Shown piece after piece: positions 29,689 through 41,153 of a DNA stretch of 64,000 nt. Numbering within the stretch: position 1 is the first letter of the stretch; every line of letters begins with the position of its first letter. The DNA is taken from contig OY760935.1 of the NCBI GenBank assembly GCA_963664295.1, forward strand, positions 224,001-288,000, in the 5' to 3' direction. The notes beneath the pieces are model-generated. The model searched no databases, had not been told where the DNA came from, and worked only from the letters and a program-made list of their open reading frames with translations. The DNA is from Candidatus Altimarinota bacterium. Lineage in GTDB: Bacteria; Patescibacteriota; Gracilibacteria; CAIRYL01; GCA-016699755. A program made the translations under genes and the position numbers.

Positions 29689-30489
29689 ATGAAAACTATT
29701 GGCTTAATTGGTTTTGGTAATATGGGTGGAGCTATTTTTTCTGCCTTACAAGACTCTGATCTTGAATATGAGTTTGCTATTGCTGATAAAAGTGAAGAAA
29801 AACTATCAGGACTTTTATTAAGTGGGGCCAAGGTTCTTACTTCTACTGATGTTAATGTTGTAATTGAGAAATCAGATATAATAATTATTGCAGTTAAACC
29901 ACAGATTTTTCCTGATTTTTGTGCAGAAATAAAAACTTCTGTGTCAGGAAAATTATTTGTTTCCATTATGGCTGGTGTGAATATTAAAAAAATAACTAGC
30001 TTATTGGGTTCAAATAAAGTAATTCGTACAATGCCAAATTTGCCTGCAATGGTGCAGGCTGGTGTGACTGGATTTTTTGTGCCTTCTGAGATTTCTAACC
30101 AAGAAAAAGAAGAAGTAGTAGCTATTTTGGAAAGTTTTTCTTTTGCTGTTGAAGTTGAAGAGGAAGATGATTTAAACAAGATAACTGCTTTGGCTGGTTC
30201 AGCACCTGCTTATTTTTTCTATTTAACACAAATTTTGCAAAAAAAAGCTACAGAATGTGGATTTGATCCAGAAAAAGCTAGAATAATTGCAGAAACTGTT
30301 TTTGCAGGTAGTGCAAAGGCATTTTTGGAAATTGGTGATAAAAGCGCGGAAGAATGGGTGCAGGCTGTTGCTTCTAAGGGTGGCACTACCGAAGCTGCAT
30401 TAAAATATATGAAAGAAAATAATTTTGAAGAGATTTTTAAAGGAGGTGTTGATAGTGCTATAAAGCGAGGTCAGGAGCTTTCTGAATAA
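29689..30489 (+). CDS. proC: Pyrroline-5-carboxylate reductase
   Basis: IGFGNMGGA, AVKPQ, RTMPNLP, GSAPAY, VASKGGTT. Confidence 0.95.
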   Translation: MKTIGLIGFGNMGGAIFSALQDSDLEYEFAIADKSEEKLSGLLLSGAKVLTSTDVNVVIEKSDIIIIAVKPQIFPDFCAEIKTSVSGKLFVSIMAGVNIKKITSLLGSNKVIRTMPNLPAMVQAGVTGFFVPSEISNQEKEEVVAILESFSFAVEVEEEDDLNKITALAGSAPAYFFYLTQILQKKATECGFDPEKARIIAETVFAGSAKAFLEIGDKSAEEWVQAVASKGGTTEAALKYMKENNFEEIFKGGVDSAIKRGQELSE

Positions 30490-30503
30490 ATTTTTTATAC
30501 AAC

Positions 30504-31757
30504 ATGAGTCAGGAAATTTTAGAACAAATTAAAAAAGCAGTTCCAGCAAGCAAAAAGCTTGTTTTGATTTCTGAAGATCTTATCAACAAGGTTCTTCAGG
30601 AAATTGCCACAGAGATAGATAAACAGGAGAATTTTTTATTAGAAGAAAATAAAAAAGATCTTGAGCGCATGGATAAAAGCGATCCAAAGCATGATCGTCT
30701 TATGCTTACAAGCGAGAGATTAAAAGGAATTGCAGATTCATTGATCGACATTGCTAATATGCAAAGCCCAATAGGTGAAATAATGGAAGAGAAAACCTTA
30801 GAAAATGGAATAAATTTACAAAAAGTGCGTGTGCCAATGGGTGTTTTGGGCATTGTTTTTGAGGCTCGCCCTAATGTGTTTTTTGATTGTTTTGCTCTTT
30901 CTTTCAAAACTCGTAATGCTTGCGTACTCAAAGGTAGTGCTGATGCGGAAATTTCCAATACTGCTATTTGTAAACTTATTCAAGAAGTTTTGAGAAATAA
31001 TAATCTTGATGAGAATATGGTGGTTTTTCCGCCAAGTAGTCGAGAGTCACTTGCTGTGATGATGAAAGCGCACGGCATTGTTGAATTGCTTATCCCTCGT
31101 GGTGGTCAGGGTTTGATCAATTTTGTTCGTGAAAATTCTCAAATTCCTGTAATAGAAACAGGAGCAGGTATAGTGCATACTTATTTGGACAGTTCCGGTG
31201 ACACAGAAAAAGCTAAAAAAATAATTTTTAACGCAAAAACACAAAGACCAAGTGTTTGCAATGCTTTAGATTGCTTAATTGTTCATAAAGATAAACTTGC
31301 TGATTTGCCTGCTATTTGCGAGCAAATGACAGAAAAAAATGTAGAGATTTATGCAGACGAACAATCTTATCAGGTTTTGAGCAGTTCATATTCTGCAGAA
31401 TTACTCAAGCAAGCCACAGAAAATGATTTTGGAACTGAGTTTTTGGGCTATAAATTATCAATAAAAACAGTAAATAATATGGAAGAGGCAATAGAACATA
31501 TAAGCAAATATTCTTCTCGTCATACAGAAGCAATAATCGCTGAAGATTTAGAAAAAACAGAAGAATTTTTAAAAAGAATTGATGCAACCACTGTTTTTGC
31601 AAATGCCTCCACTCGTTTTACAGACGGAGGAGTTTTTGGGCTTGGTGCGGAAATTGGTATTTCTACTCAAAAACTCCATGCCAGAGGTCCAATGGGGTTA
31701 AAAGAAATCACAACCTACAAATGGCTGGGCAGAGGCAGTGGTCAGACTAGAGAATAA
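30504..31757 (+). CDS. proA: Gamma-glutamyl phosphate reductase
   Basis: FEARPNV, IPRGG, RPSVCNA, NASTRFTDG, EIGISTQKLHARGPMG. Confidence 0.96.
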   Translation: MSQEILEQIKKAVPASKKLVLISEDLINKVLQEIATEIDKQENFLLEENKKDLERMDKSDPKHDRLMLTSERLKGIADSLIDIANMQSPIGEIMEEKTLENGINLQKVRVPMGVLGIVFEARPNVFFDCFALSFKTRNACVLKGSADAEISNTAICKLIQEVLRNNNLDENMVVFPPSSRESLAVMMKAHGIVELLIPRGGQGLINFVRENSQIPVIETGAGIVHTYLDSSGDTEKAKKIIFNAKTQRPSVCNALDCLIVHKDKLADLPAICEQMTEKNVEIYADEQSYQVLSSSYSAELLKQATENDFGTEFLGYKLSIKTVNNMEEAIEHISKYSSRHTEAIIAEDLEKTEEFLKRIDATTVFANASTRFTDGGVFGLGAEIGISTQKLHARGPMGLKEITTYKWLGRGSGQTRE

Positions 31758-31761
31758 TTTA

Positions 31762-32472
31762 TTAAATTAAGCTTCTGCCACCATCAACAATCATAACTTC
31801 GCCAGTAGTGAAGCGAGATTTATCAGAAGCAAGGAAATAAACAGCCTCAGCAATATCCATAGGGTCAGCATAGGTTTTTAGAGGTGTTTGATCGGCTTCT
31901 TTGTTTAATCTTTCTAGATTGCTTTCGTGTAAAGGGGTTCTGGTAAAACCAGGAGCAACACAGTTTACTCGACAGTCAGGGCCAAATTTTTTAGCTAAAG
32001 ATGCAGTCATGTTATGTAGACCAGCTTTGGAAGCGGAATAAGCTGGAGTTGTTGCCTGTGAGCGCAAGCCACGCATAGAACCAACATTAACAATAGCACT
32101 TGCACCAAGATGATGAGCTTCCCGTGCGCAAAAGAAAGGCGCAGTAAGATTTACCATAAATAAATCCTGAAAATCCTCAATAGTAAGTTCATCATCAGGC
32201 TTGCGATTAACCATGCCTGCATTATTTACTAAAACATCAATTTTTCCCCATTTTTCTTTTATTTCTGTAAACATTTTTTCGGTTTCTTCTGGGTTTATAA
32301 AATCAGCTTGTAGATATTCTGCTTTTCCACCTTGATATTGAATTTTTTCTACAACTTCAGTGTTGTTTGGTCTTCTGCCATGAACAAGAACAAAATAATT
32401 TTCTTGGGCAAATTTAAGAGCACAAGCTTCGCCAATACCGCTAGTTGCGCCTGTAATTAAAGCAATTTTCAT
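31762..32472 (-). CDS. Short-chain dehydrogenase/reductase
   Basis: TGATSGIG, VNNAG, YSASK, VNCVAPG. Confidence 0.92.
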   Translation of the reverse strand: MKIALITGATSGIGEACALKFAQENYFVLVHGRRPNNTEVVEKIQYQGGKAEYLQADFINPEETEKMFTEIKEKWGKIDVLVNNAGMVNRKPDDELTIEDFQDLFMVNLTAPFFCAREAHHLGASAIVNVGSMRGLRSQATTPAYSASKAGLHNMTASLAKKFGPDCRVNCVAPGFTRTPLHESNLERLNKEADQTPLKTYADPMDIAEAVYFLASDKSRFTTGEVMIVDGGRSLI

Positions 32473-32555
32473 AAATAAACAAAAAACTAGACAAAATGAT
32501 TATACCATAATAGGATTTAACCTTGTATTAAATATTTTTAATATTAAAAATTGTT

Positions 32556-32972
32556 ATGAAAAAATTTCCTCTTAAGGTTTTGGGTGAAAATTTTCCTGTT
32601 GATCTTGAGAATCATTGCAAGGATCATATATTTGATGGTGGCAACACAGTTTTATTTAATAATATGGGACAAGCTTGTCCTAATTTTGCTGGTATGCAAC
32701 AGAAAATTGTGGCCAACAAAGGAAAAAAAGGATTAGAACAAACAGAGCTTGTTTTGCGTTGTCACCTTAAAGAATTGATCGAAAGCATGCGCCTAAAAGG
32801 TCAGCCAATAAAAAATTTACAAGAATTAAAGCAGGTTGTAGAGGAAACATCTTTGTATAGAACAAGAATTGCACCAATTTTAAAAAATGCTGACCCTGCT
32901 TGTCCGCTTGCGCAGAGAGTAAAAGGTGAAATTTTGGAAATTCTTGAGCAAGCCCAATCCCTTGCCAGTTAA
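32556..32972 (+). CDS. Hypothetical protein
   Basis: 138-aa ORF co-oriented with purA; four scattered Cys; no family recognised. Confidence 0.6.
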   Translation: MKKFPLKVLGENFPVDLENHCKDHIFDGGNTVLFNNMGQACPNFAGMQQKIVANKGKKGLEQTELVLRCHLKELIESMRLKGQPIKNLQELKQVVEETSLYRTRIAPILKNADPACPLAQRVKGEILEILEQAQSLAS

Positions 32973-32982
32973 GATTTTTTAA

Positions 32983-34257
<1,275 letters not shown>

Positions 34258-34258
34258 C

Positions 34259-35506
34259 TTACGCACTCTCAATTCTGCGCAATACATCTTTTTTTGTGAC
34301 TAAACTTCTTCCTTGTGAAAAAGCTGGATTTTGTCTTGCAACGAGTGATTGATAATAGCCACCTTTTTCTGAGCCAATTACATAATCATCGCCTTTATCA
34401 AGAGCATAAGGATAAAAAACAGCAAGATATAAATCGCCATAAGAATTTAATTTACCTTTATAAGGTCGAAAATATTTATAAACATAGTCTAATTGTTTTA
34501 CTCCAGACATTTTTCTAAGCTCAAATGTGCTTGTGCCAAGATTTTTCGCAGTTTCTGGCATAAATTGAATTAAACCAGTTGCTCCACTCATTGTGTTTAC
34601 TGATTTTGGATTTATTCCTGATTCAAATTGAAAAACTTTTTTTAAATCATCTGAATTAATATTTAGTTGAGCACAAAGAGAAGAGATTTTGTCTTGAAAT
34701 TCAGAGTTATTCCAAAGTGCCTCGCCTTTTAAGTTTTCTCCATTGTCTATTTCTTCATCAGCAATAAAGAATTTTTCTCTATCTTGAGCAAAATTTATCC
34801 ATGAATTATCAACCTCTTCCTTTGCTTCTGCTAAGCCCTCAAAATAAGTAGCAACTAATTCGGGGCTCATTTCTTCTTCGTTTTGTTCTTTGTTTATTTT
34901 TGCTCCTTTTGCTGTTAGATAGTCTGTTTTGGAAATTGTTTGAAACTTAAAACCGCTAAATATAGGGATATAAGGAGGGTTTTTGTCTGGGTCGACAAAT
35001 CCTGCTCTTTTTTGTCCTGAAAAATTGATGTCATTTTTACGATAACCATAAAAAACATCTCCTTCAGGGGATTCGACTTTTATAAATTGTGTTTTAAGGT
35101 TTAAAAAATCTCCAAGACCAATTAAAGCCTCTGCTTTTGGACAACCACTAAAATCAATTGTTCCCTCTTGAATATTTTTTTCTTCTGAATTTGTATTGAT
35201 AAATAAACGACTTAAGCTTCCTGGAAAAATATTTTCCAACATATAAAGCTTTGAAGGATTTTCTTTTCTTAGAGCTTCTCTGTGTTTATCAATAATTTCT
35301 GTTGCTTTTTTGTTGTAATTTTCTTTTTCTTTACCTGCAAGGCTTTGGTTTACTCTTTCGCGTAGATTTTGTCGCAGACTTTTTAGTTCTTCAATAATTT
35401 GGTCAATATTCAAACCAGCTTCTTTTGTTTCTGGGTTATTTAGAGCTTTTTTTGCGCTTAATACCTGTGGTAATTTAGGGCCTTCTCTGTATGGTTTAAT
35501 GGCCAT
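34259..35506 (-). CDS. Protein with C-terminal lytic transglycosylase (SLT/lysozyme-like) domain
   Basis: FESGINP...GATGLIQFMPETA...QLDYVYKYF...LYLAVFYP; N-terminal region unrecognised. Confidence 0.75.
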   Translation of the reverse strand: MAIKPYREGPKLPQVLSAKKALNNPETKEAGLNIDQIIEELKSLRQNLRERVNQSLAGKEKENYNKKATEIIDKHREALRKENPSKLYMLENIFPGSLSRLFINTNSEEKNIQEGTIDFSGCPKAEALIGLGDFLNLKTQFIKVESPEGDVFYGYRKNDINFSGQKRAGFVDPDKNPPYIPIFSGFKFQTISKTDYLTAKGAKINKEQNEEEMSPELVATYFEGLAEAKEEVDNSWINFAQDREKFFIADEEIDNGENLKGEALWNNSEFQDKISSLCAQLNINSDDLKKVFQFESGINPKSVNTMSGATGLIQFMPETAKNLGTSTFELRKMSGVKQLDYVYKYFRPYKGKLNSYGDLYLAVFYPYALDKGDDYVIGSEKGGYYQSLVARQNPAFSQGRSLVTKKDVLRRIESA

Positions 35507-35509
35507 TTA

Positions 35510-36181
35510 TTATTGTGTTAGATTTCTTGCAAACTCACGAACAAGTATTGCAGCTTCTTTTGCATCTGCTTTTCTTGATCCAAAACTAATATTTTCGAAA
35601 ATATTAGTTAATGTGTTGATAACAATATCTTTGTTACTATCACTAGTAAAAACTGTATACATTAAGTCATTTTTTTTGATGGTATTTGTTGCAGAAATAA
35701 TTATGTTGTTTATAGTGCGAGCAATGTTTTTTTGTGGATTATTTTCTGCTTTAGTAAGCATGTCTTTTACTAAAATAGTGAGAGCATCTTTAATGAATGG
35801 TTCTGCAATTGCGGGCTCATTTATTAGCTCATCCTGGGCAACATTTTGTTCCATTTTAACAAGTTTTGCTTCGGTTTCAGGATCAAAAAGATCTTCTTGT
35901 GAGTCCTTAGGGTCTATTGCCTCAGCTTTAGGTGCTTCATATCCTTGTGTTGTTTGATTAAGCATTTTTTGGACATCAGCAAGGTTTGGTTGATCAGGGT
36001 CAAGCCTAATTTCTTTAAGACTAGCCTCTTTAGCAATTTCACCACCATCTTTTTGAATTTCTTTAAGCCATGTTTGCAGGTCTGTAGCTGGCTCTTCTGC
36101 GCCAGGCAGTCCTTTTAGCATATCTGGTGGCATTTTTGCCTGTTCCGACCTGTTGTCTGGTTTTTCGTTTAAGTTGTTCAT
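35510..36181 (-). CDS. Hypothetical protein
   Basis: 223-aa acidic ORF closely spaced with both neighbours. Confidence 0.7.
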   Translation of the reverse strand: MNNLNEKPDNRSEQAKMPPDMLKGLPGAEEPATDLQTWLKEIQKDGGEIAKEASLKEIRLDPDQPNLADVQKMLNQTTQGYEAPKAEAIDPKDSQEDLFDPETEAKLVKMEQNVAQDELINEPAIAEPFIKDALTILVKDMLTKAENNPQKNIARTINNIIISATNTIKKNDLMYTVFTSDSNKDIVINTLTNIFENISFGSRKADAKEAAILVREFARNLTQ

Positions 36182-36204
36182 GATTTTTTGAAAAATTTTA
36201 ATTT

Positions 36205-38643
36205 TTATTTTTGTGTTAGGCGATAAAGTGCTTCTGCAACTTCACCTCTGCTGATTTCTTTTGCTGGTTCAAATTTACCTTGTTCAAAGTCCAATAAATC
36301 ATTATCTCGAGCATATTTTGCATAAGGCGCATACCAATCATCTACACTAACATCATCAAATGGACTGTATCTTATATCGTCTGCATCAACATCGGCAGTT
36401 AAGAGAAGAATTTTGAAAAATTCTGCACGATTTATATTATTAGCTGGGCGAAATGTGTTGTCTGGAAATCCATTCACAATGCCGTCTGTCATTGCAGTAT
36501 AGAGAAAATCAATAAACCAAACTCCATCTTCAACATCAGTAAAATCAACGTTGCCAGATGATACAGGTTTACTCAGGCCAAGCAAGAGCATTTTAGTTGC
36601 CTCTGCACGATTTATGTTGTTATATGGTTTAAATGTTCCGTCAGAAAAGCCGTTAATAACCCCATCATTATACAAACTATTAATAGCTACATAGTATGTA
36701 TTAGTTTCTTTGACATCAGTAAATTCTTTTGCCATATCGACACTAATTCGATCAGAAACACCAAGAATAACTCCTGATTTTATTTTGATTTTTACCGCAT
36801 CTTGAGAGGTGGCAGTAAAATATATTTCTGCTTTGCCATCATAGAAATCATCTCTTGTTAATTCATCTTTTGAAAAATAGCCCTGACCTTCAGTAAGACT
36901 AATTTCTGCTGTGCCATTAAAAGTGCTTGGAGTTTTTGCTCCATCTTCATCTAAAGTATAGATTGTGATTTTTTTTGATTGATTGATTGTAAATTCATCT
37001 GGTCCTTCTACTTCAAACATAGAAACAGGCATTGCGTCTTCGATTACTGTTATCTCTAACTCAGAAGAGCCTATTTTAATTACATTTTCTCCAATAGTAC
37101 TAGATGTGAAAGATATAATAGCAGTACCATTTTGATCAAAATCATTTGTGCTTAATTGACTAGGTGAGATTTGTCCTTCTCCATCAACTTCAATTTCAAC
37201 GTTTTTATCAAGAGAGAAACCAATCATTTTATCGCCATTTTCATCAAAAGCAGTGATTTTAATTGGAGTGCTGTCATTTATTTTTGTAAAGCTTTCTCCG
37301 TTTAGTTCAAAGCTAGCAGGTTGCTCGCTTTGTTCGTCATTATCGTTTGAATCATTACTATTTGAATTGTCGTTATCGTTTGAGCTATTGTTATCATCGT
37401 TGTTGTCTTCATCTGTTTTTTCCTCGCCATTTACTGTCACTTTTGTGCTACCGGTTTTTGTGCCTGCGCGAACAATAAAAGTGACGCCACCTGGATTATC
37501 AAGTTGAATTACTGTGTTTGCTACACCTGATTTAAAATTAAGTTCAGGTAGATCAATTGTTTTGTCAGTGGCTAAAAATTCAGCTTCGCTACTATCAAAA
37601 TTTTCAATTATTTCATTGTGCTCATCTTTTGCTGTGACTGTAATTTCTACTTTTTCCCCAGCTTCAATTTCAGCCTGATCTGCTTCAACTATAATTGTTT
37701 CCACTGATACTACCTCTGTATTATCTGTATGATTTTCATCATTTGTGTCGTCTGAGCTTGCATTGCTACCTCCGCTATAATTTAGGTGTTCTTGCACCCA
37801 AAGCATTGGATTGATTGTGTTTTTAAATGCTTCCGATTGACCAAGTCCAACATTTATAGCTTCAAAAAAACTAAGTCCAGCCGCGGTTGCTTCTGTGGAT
37901 GAAAAAGGCCACCAAGGATGCCAAGGGGCTTCATCTGTATCAATTTGAAAATGCAAATGAGGGGTTGTGGCAGTGCCAGTGTCTCCGGAAAGACCTATTT
38001 TATCGCCTTTGCTAACTTTTTGTCCCTCTTCCACCAAAACTTGGTTCAAATGGGCATAACAAGAATAAATTGTTTCAGTAGAGCCATTTACAGGAACATT
38101 AGAATGTTGTACACAAATATGTTTTCCAAAACCAGTATTTTGATTTATTGCTTTGGTGACAACACCATTTGCAATGGAGTAAACAGGGGTGTTTTTTGGC
38201 ACAACAATATCAACTGCCAAATGAGAACCAGCATTTTCTGTGTAATCTAATTGATAATTGCCCATATAAACAACTGTGTAAGTCATTTTTGCATTGATTG
38301 TGTCATTGTCTGTTTTGTCGCTTTGTAGTTGATTGGCATCATACTCAGGAATATTAACAAGTTGACCACTTGAATAAGAAGTAAAAAGCTGGTTGTTTGT
38401 ACCACCAACTTTAGCCCAGTTTGGAATTTGTTGAATTGGCATAACAGTGCCATCAAATACAGGTACATCAAGTATGCTGGCCTTAAACCATTCTGCTCCT
38501 TGTTCGAGCATAAAAACTCCGACCATAAGCACAATAGTCAAAGCAGAGAATGAAAAAACAGGTCTTTTTTCAAGAAATTTAGAAACTATGTCTACATATT
38601 TTTTAAATCCTGTATTTTGTTTTTTTCTTGTTTTTTTAGGCAT
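36205..38643 (-). CDS. Membrane-anchored M23 peptidase with Ig-like repeats and C-terminal SLH domains
   Basis: HLAVD and YAHL...PHLHF M23 motifs; D/N linkers; GVINGFSDGTFKPYNNINRAE and two more SLH repeats. Confidence 0.88.
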   Translation of the reverse strand: MPKKTRKKQNTGFKKYVDIVSKFLEKRPVFSFSALTIVLMVGVFMLEQGAEWFKASILDVPVFDGTVMPIQQIPNWAKVGGTNNQLFTSYSSGQLVNIPEYDANQLQSDKTDNDTINAKMTYTVVYMGNYQLDYTENAGSHLAVDIVVPKNTPVYSIANGVVTKAINQNTGFGKHICVQHSNVPVNGSTETIYSCYAHLNQVLVEEGQKVSKGDKIGLSGDTGTATTPHLHFQIDTDEAPWHPWWPFSSTEATAAGLSFFEAINVGLGQSEAFKNTINPMLWVQEHLNYSGGSNASSDDTNDENHTDNTEVVSVETIIVEADQAEIEAGEKVEITVTAKDEHNEIIENFDSSEAEFLATDKTIDLPELNFKSGVANTVIQLDNPGGVTFIVRAGTKTGSTKVTVNGEEKTDEDNNDDNNSSNDNDNSNSNDSNDNDEQSEQPASFELNGESFTKINDSTPIKITAFDENGDKMIGFSLDKNVEIEVDGEGQISPSQLSTNDFDQNGTAIISFTSSTIGENVIKIGSSELEITVIEDAMPVSMFEVEGPDEFTINQSKKITIYTLDEDGAKTPSTFNGTAEISLTEGQGYFSKDELTRDDFYDGKAEIYFTATSQDAVKIKIKSGVILGVSDRISVDMAKEFTDVKETNTYYVAINSLYNDGVINGFSDGTFKPYNNINRAEATKMLLLGLSKPVSSGNVDFTDVEDGVWFIDFLYTAMTDGIVNGFPDNTFRPANNINRAEFFKILLLTADVDADDIRYSPFDDVSVDDWYAPYAKYARDNDLLDFEQGKFEPAKEISRGEVAEALYRLTQK

Positions 38644-38709
38644 TTTGTGTGAAAAGTATTATTTGGTTTTTGTTTTATTCTTTAAATCTATCTATTATCT
38701 CATTTTTTT

Positions 38710-39798
38710 GTGAAAAATTCAAGTCATTTCGTGGCTCAAAATCAAGAAAAAACCACCAAAGCAGGTGTTTTTTTGGCAAAAAGAATTTTAGGACGACCAG
38801 AATGGGCAAAAACAGTGTTATTAAAAGGGGATTTAGGAGCAGGAAAAACAACTTTTGTTCGTGGTTTTGCTGAAGGTCTTTCAAAAAAAATAACAGCAAA
38901 AAGTCCCAGTTTTACAATAATCGCAGAACATAATTTTACATTCGAAGCAGAGGAGTGGACTTTAGTCCATGTTGACCTTTATCGCTTGGGTAATAATTAT
39001 GATTCGGAAATATATAATTATCTTGAAGAAAAAATAAAAGAAAAAAATAAAATTGTAGTTATTGAATGGGCAGAAAACTTAATCAAAGAATTTGAATTAC
39101 CAAAAAATAGGATTGAAATTAGCTTTGAGCACGGAAAAAATGAAAATGAGCGCATAATAAAGCCAATATTTTTTGACCCAGGCGTACCAAGCTTGGAGCA
39201 AGTGGAGCAACTTTCCAATGAATTTCACACTCCTTTTCATGTGCGCAATCACGAAAAAGGAGTAGAAAAAGTAGCCAGCCAGTTTGCCAAAAATTTTCTA
39301 AAAAATGGAGTTATTGTGGATTTAAATTTAATAAAAACAGCCTCTTTGTTGCACGATTTGGTAAGAATTGTGAATTTTAAAGAAATTATTTTTGATGATT
39401 TTTGCGAGGAAGAGAAAATAACAGATGAAAAAATTTGTTTTTGGAATAATATTCGAGAAAGCCACGGGCACATGCATCATGGTGAAGCCGCAAGTGAGAT
39501 TTTGCGTGAACGAGGTTTTATTTCCTGTGCTGATGTAGTTGAAAGGCATAAGTCCAGGGCTATTTTTGAAGAACTTCGCACATTTGAGGAAAAAATTGTT
39601 TATTTAGCAGACAAAAAAGTGCTTCATGACAAAATTGTCACCATAGCCCAAAGGCTGGAAGACGGCAGAGTGCGCCACAATCTCAAAAACGAGGAATTGC
39701 AAAAAAAATTGGAAAAAGGGATTACTAATCTTCGTGATGAACTTTTGGCTCTTGCAGGTTTTGCGAATGAAGAGGACTTTGATAAAGAATTGATTTAA
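38710..39798 (+). CDS. tsaE: TsaE ATPase fused to HD-domain phosphohydrolase
   Basis: GDLGAGKTTF, SPSF, HVDLYRL, IEWAE; then H...LLHDL...HHG...H...YLADK. Confidence 0.85.
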   Translation: MKNSSHFVAQNQEKTTKAGVFLAKRILGRPEWAKTVLLKGDLGAGKTTFVRGFAEGLSKKITAKSPSFTIIAEHNFTFEAEEWTLVHVDLYRLGNNYDSEIYNYLEEKIKEKNKIVVIEWAENLIKEFELPKNRIEISFEHGKNENERIIKPIFFDPGVPSLEQVEQLSNEFHTPFHVRNHEKGVEKVASQFAKNFLKNGVIVDLNLIKTASLLHDLVRIVNFKEIIFDDFCEEEKITDEKICFWNNIRESHGHMHHGEAASEILRERGFISCADVVERHKSRAIFEELRTFEEKIVYLADKKVLHDKIVTIAQRLEDGRVRHNLKNEELQKKLEKGITNLRDELLALAGFANEEDFDKELI

Positions 39799-39811
39799 TC
39801 ACACAAAAACT

Positions 39812-40214
39812 AGATTTGCAGTCCGATAATGACAAGTTTTTTCGTCATTCCAAGGAGTTCGTCAAAGGTGAACGACGCAATCTATTTTCTGTCATCCTGA
39901 GCGAGCCTTTAGGCGAAGCGAAGGATCTCCCGTAGTCATTGTTGTTTAAATTACCGAGGCAGTATCCCTAGTTCAGTCATTCTGAACTCGATTCAGAATC
40001 TCCCAGTGCCATTACTACACAATTACCCAAGTTATAATTTGAGCAAATGTCCAAGGAGATTCTTTGCTTCTTCTTCTTTTCTTTTTCTTCGCTAAAGTTA
40101 CGAAGGATTCGCTCAGAATGACAGGAGGGAAATACTTAAGGTAGGACTTGAGCAAATGGCAAAGGAGATTGCGGATCAAGTCCGCAATGACAGATAAAAA
40201 AGCTCAGAATGACA
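39812..40214. repeat. Palindromic repeat cluster 4
   Basis: Same modules, several degenerate. Confidence 0.9.
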
Positions 40215-40303
40215 GCGAGTAATCGACTAACTTTCTTAGGAGTGATAGAGTGAAATTTACTTATTTACCTTAAATTAAGATAAAAACACAAAAAATACAT
40301 AAG

Positions 40304-40337
40304 AAAAAAACCCAGATTCACGTTATGTGTCTCTGGG
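40304..40337 (-). terminator. Intrinsic terminator (minus strand)
   Basis: CCCAGA...TCTGGG stem followed by seven T on the minus strand. Confidence 0.7.
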
Positions 40338-40452
40338 CCAATTGTGGATCGATCGAGTCTATTACCTTGCAGGTATATTCTCTTTATCGTTCAATGCCTT
40401 TTCAGGCGTTGAAGATTTGCAAGTTGATAAACCAAGCAATCCACAATTGGCC
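40336..40452 (-). ncRNA. Candidate structured RNA in 3' trailer
   Basis: Perfect 14-bp closing stem GGCCAATTGTGGAT/ATCCACAATTGGCC enclosing two hairpins, one with a GAAA tetraloop on the minus strand. Confidence 0.55.
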
Positions 40453-40484
40453 TGAGTTAGGCGGTCGGTTGTCAAAGAAAAAAA

Positions 40485-40958
40485 TTAGTTCTTGAATGCG
40501 ACGGTTCTTTTGAAAACAATTCCGCCGCACTTTTTTGTATTGTTGTGTACGATGGACATGGACATGGTCATATCCGTATCATTCCTGAGCAGTATAATGA
40601 AATATTCTGCGATTTTGTAGCCTCCGTCATCAAATCTGATGTGGTAGGTAGACGGCACTGTTATCTCCTCTCCGGGCGGAGCAAAAACCTTTATCTTTTT
40701 CATGTCGTTGTCCAAGATTCCTTTTTCAATCTTGCGACATTCCTGCCCAACGCCTTTTTTGTTCGTTACGTGGGGCATTACTGACACGGTTGTGCCTTCC
40801 GGCAGAAATTCCACAGCCCTCTTAGATAAGAGAGCAAGCGCTTCTTCCGCATTCAGCGTTGTGTTGGCGGCGCTGGTGGTGGTGGTGGTGACGGCGCTGA
40901 TGCCGATGATAACGACAAAAAAGATTGCCTTGAGAATTGCGATTGTGTTGTGTTTCAT
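40485..40958 (-). CDS. Secreted hypothetical protein, GC-rich gene (cassette 1)
   Basis: AAGGAGGAG RBS 5 nt before ATG; signal-peptide-like N-terminus; GC visibly above host. Confidence 0.8.
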   Translation of the reverse strand: MKHNTIAILKAIFFVVIIGISAVTTTTTSAANTTLNAEEALALLSKRAVEFLPEGTTVSVMPHVTNKKGVGQECRKIEKGILDNDMKKIKVFAPPGEEITVPSTYHIRFDDGGYKIAEYFIILLRNDTDMTMSMSIVHNNTKKCGGIVFKRTVAFKN

Positions 40959-41090
40959 AGTGCTCCTCCTTGGTGAGTTGGGTTGTTGCGCGTAATTGCG
41001 CGGGTTGTGTTGTAAAGATGTTGTTTTTTCCTTTGACCACCAATTGAAACTCTAATTTTAAAATTCCAATTTGGTGATCAAAACCGATGT

Positions 41091-41143
41091 TGTCAAAGAA
41101 CAGGTTGATGCAATTTAACATCTTTTTTTATATTTGTCAAGAG
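41091..41143 (-). promoter_or_regulatory. Sigma70 promoter plus boxA-like element (cassette 1)
   Basis: Minus strand CTCTTGACAAATATAAAAAAAGATGTTAAATTGCATCAACCTGTTCTTTGACA. Confidence 0.75.
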
Positions 41144-41153
41144 AAAAAAACTT

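Noticed and set aside
29682-30179. Longer antisense ORFs (also 8146-8715, 13256-13729, 35499-35957)
   Set aside because: Shadow frames opposite well-supported genes
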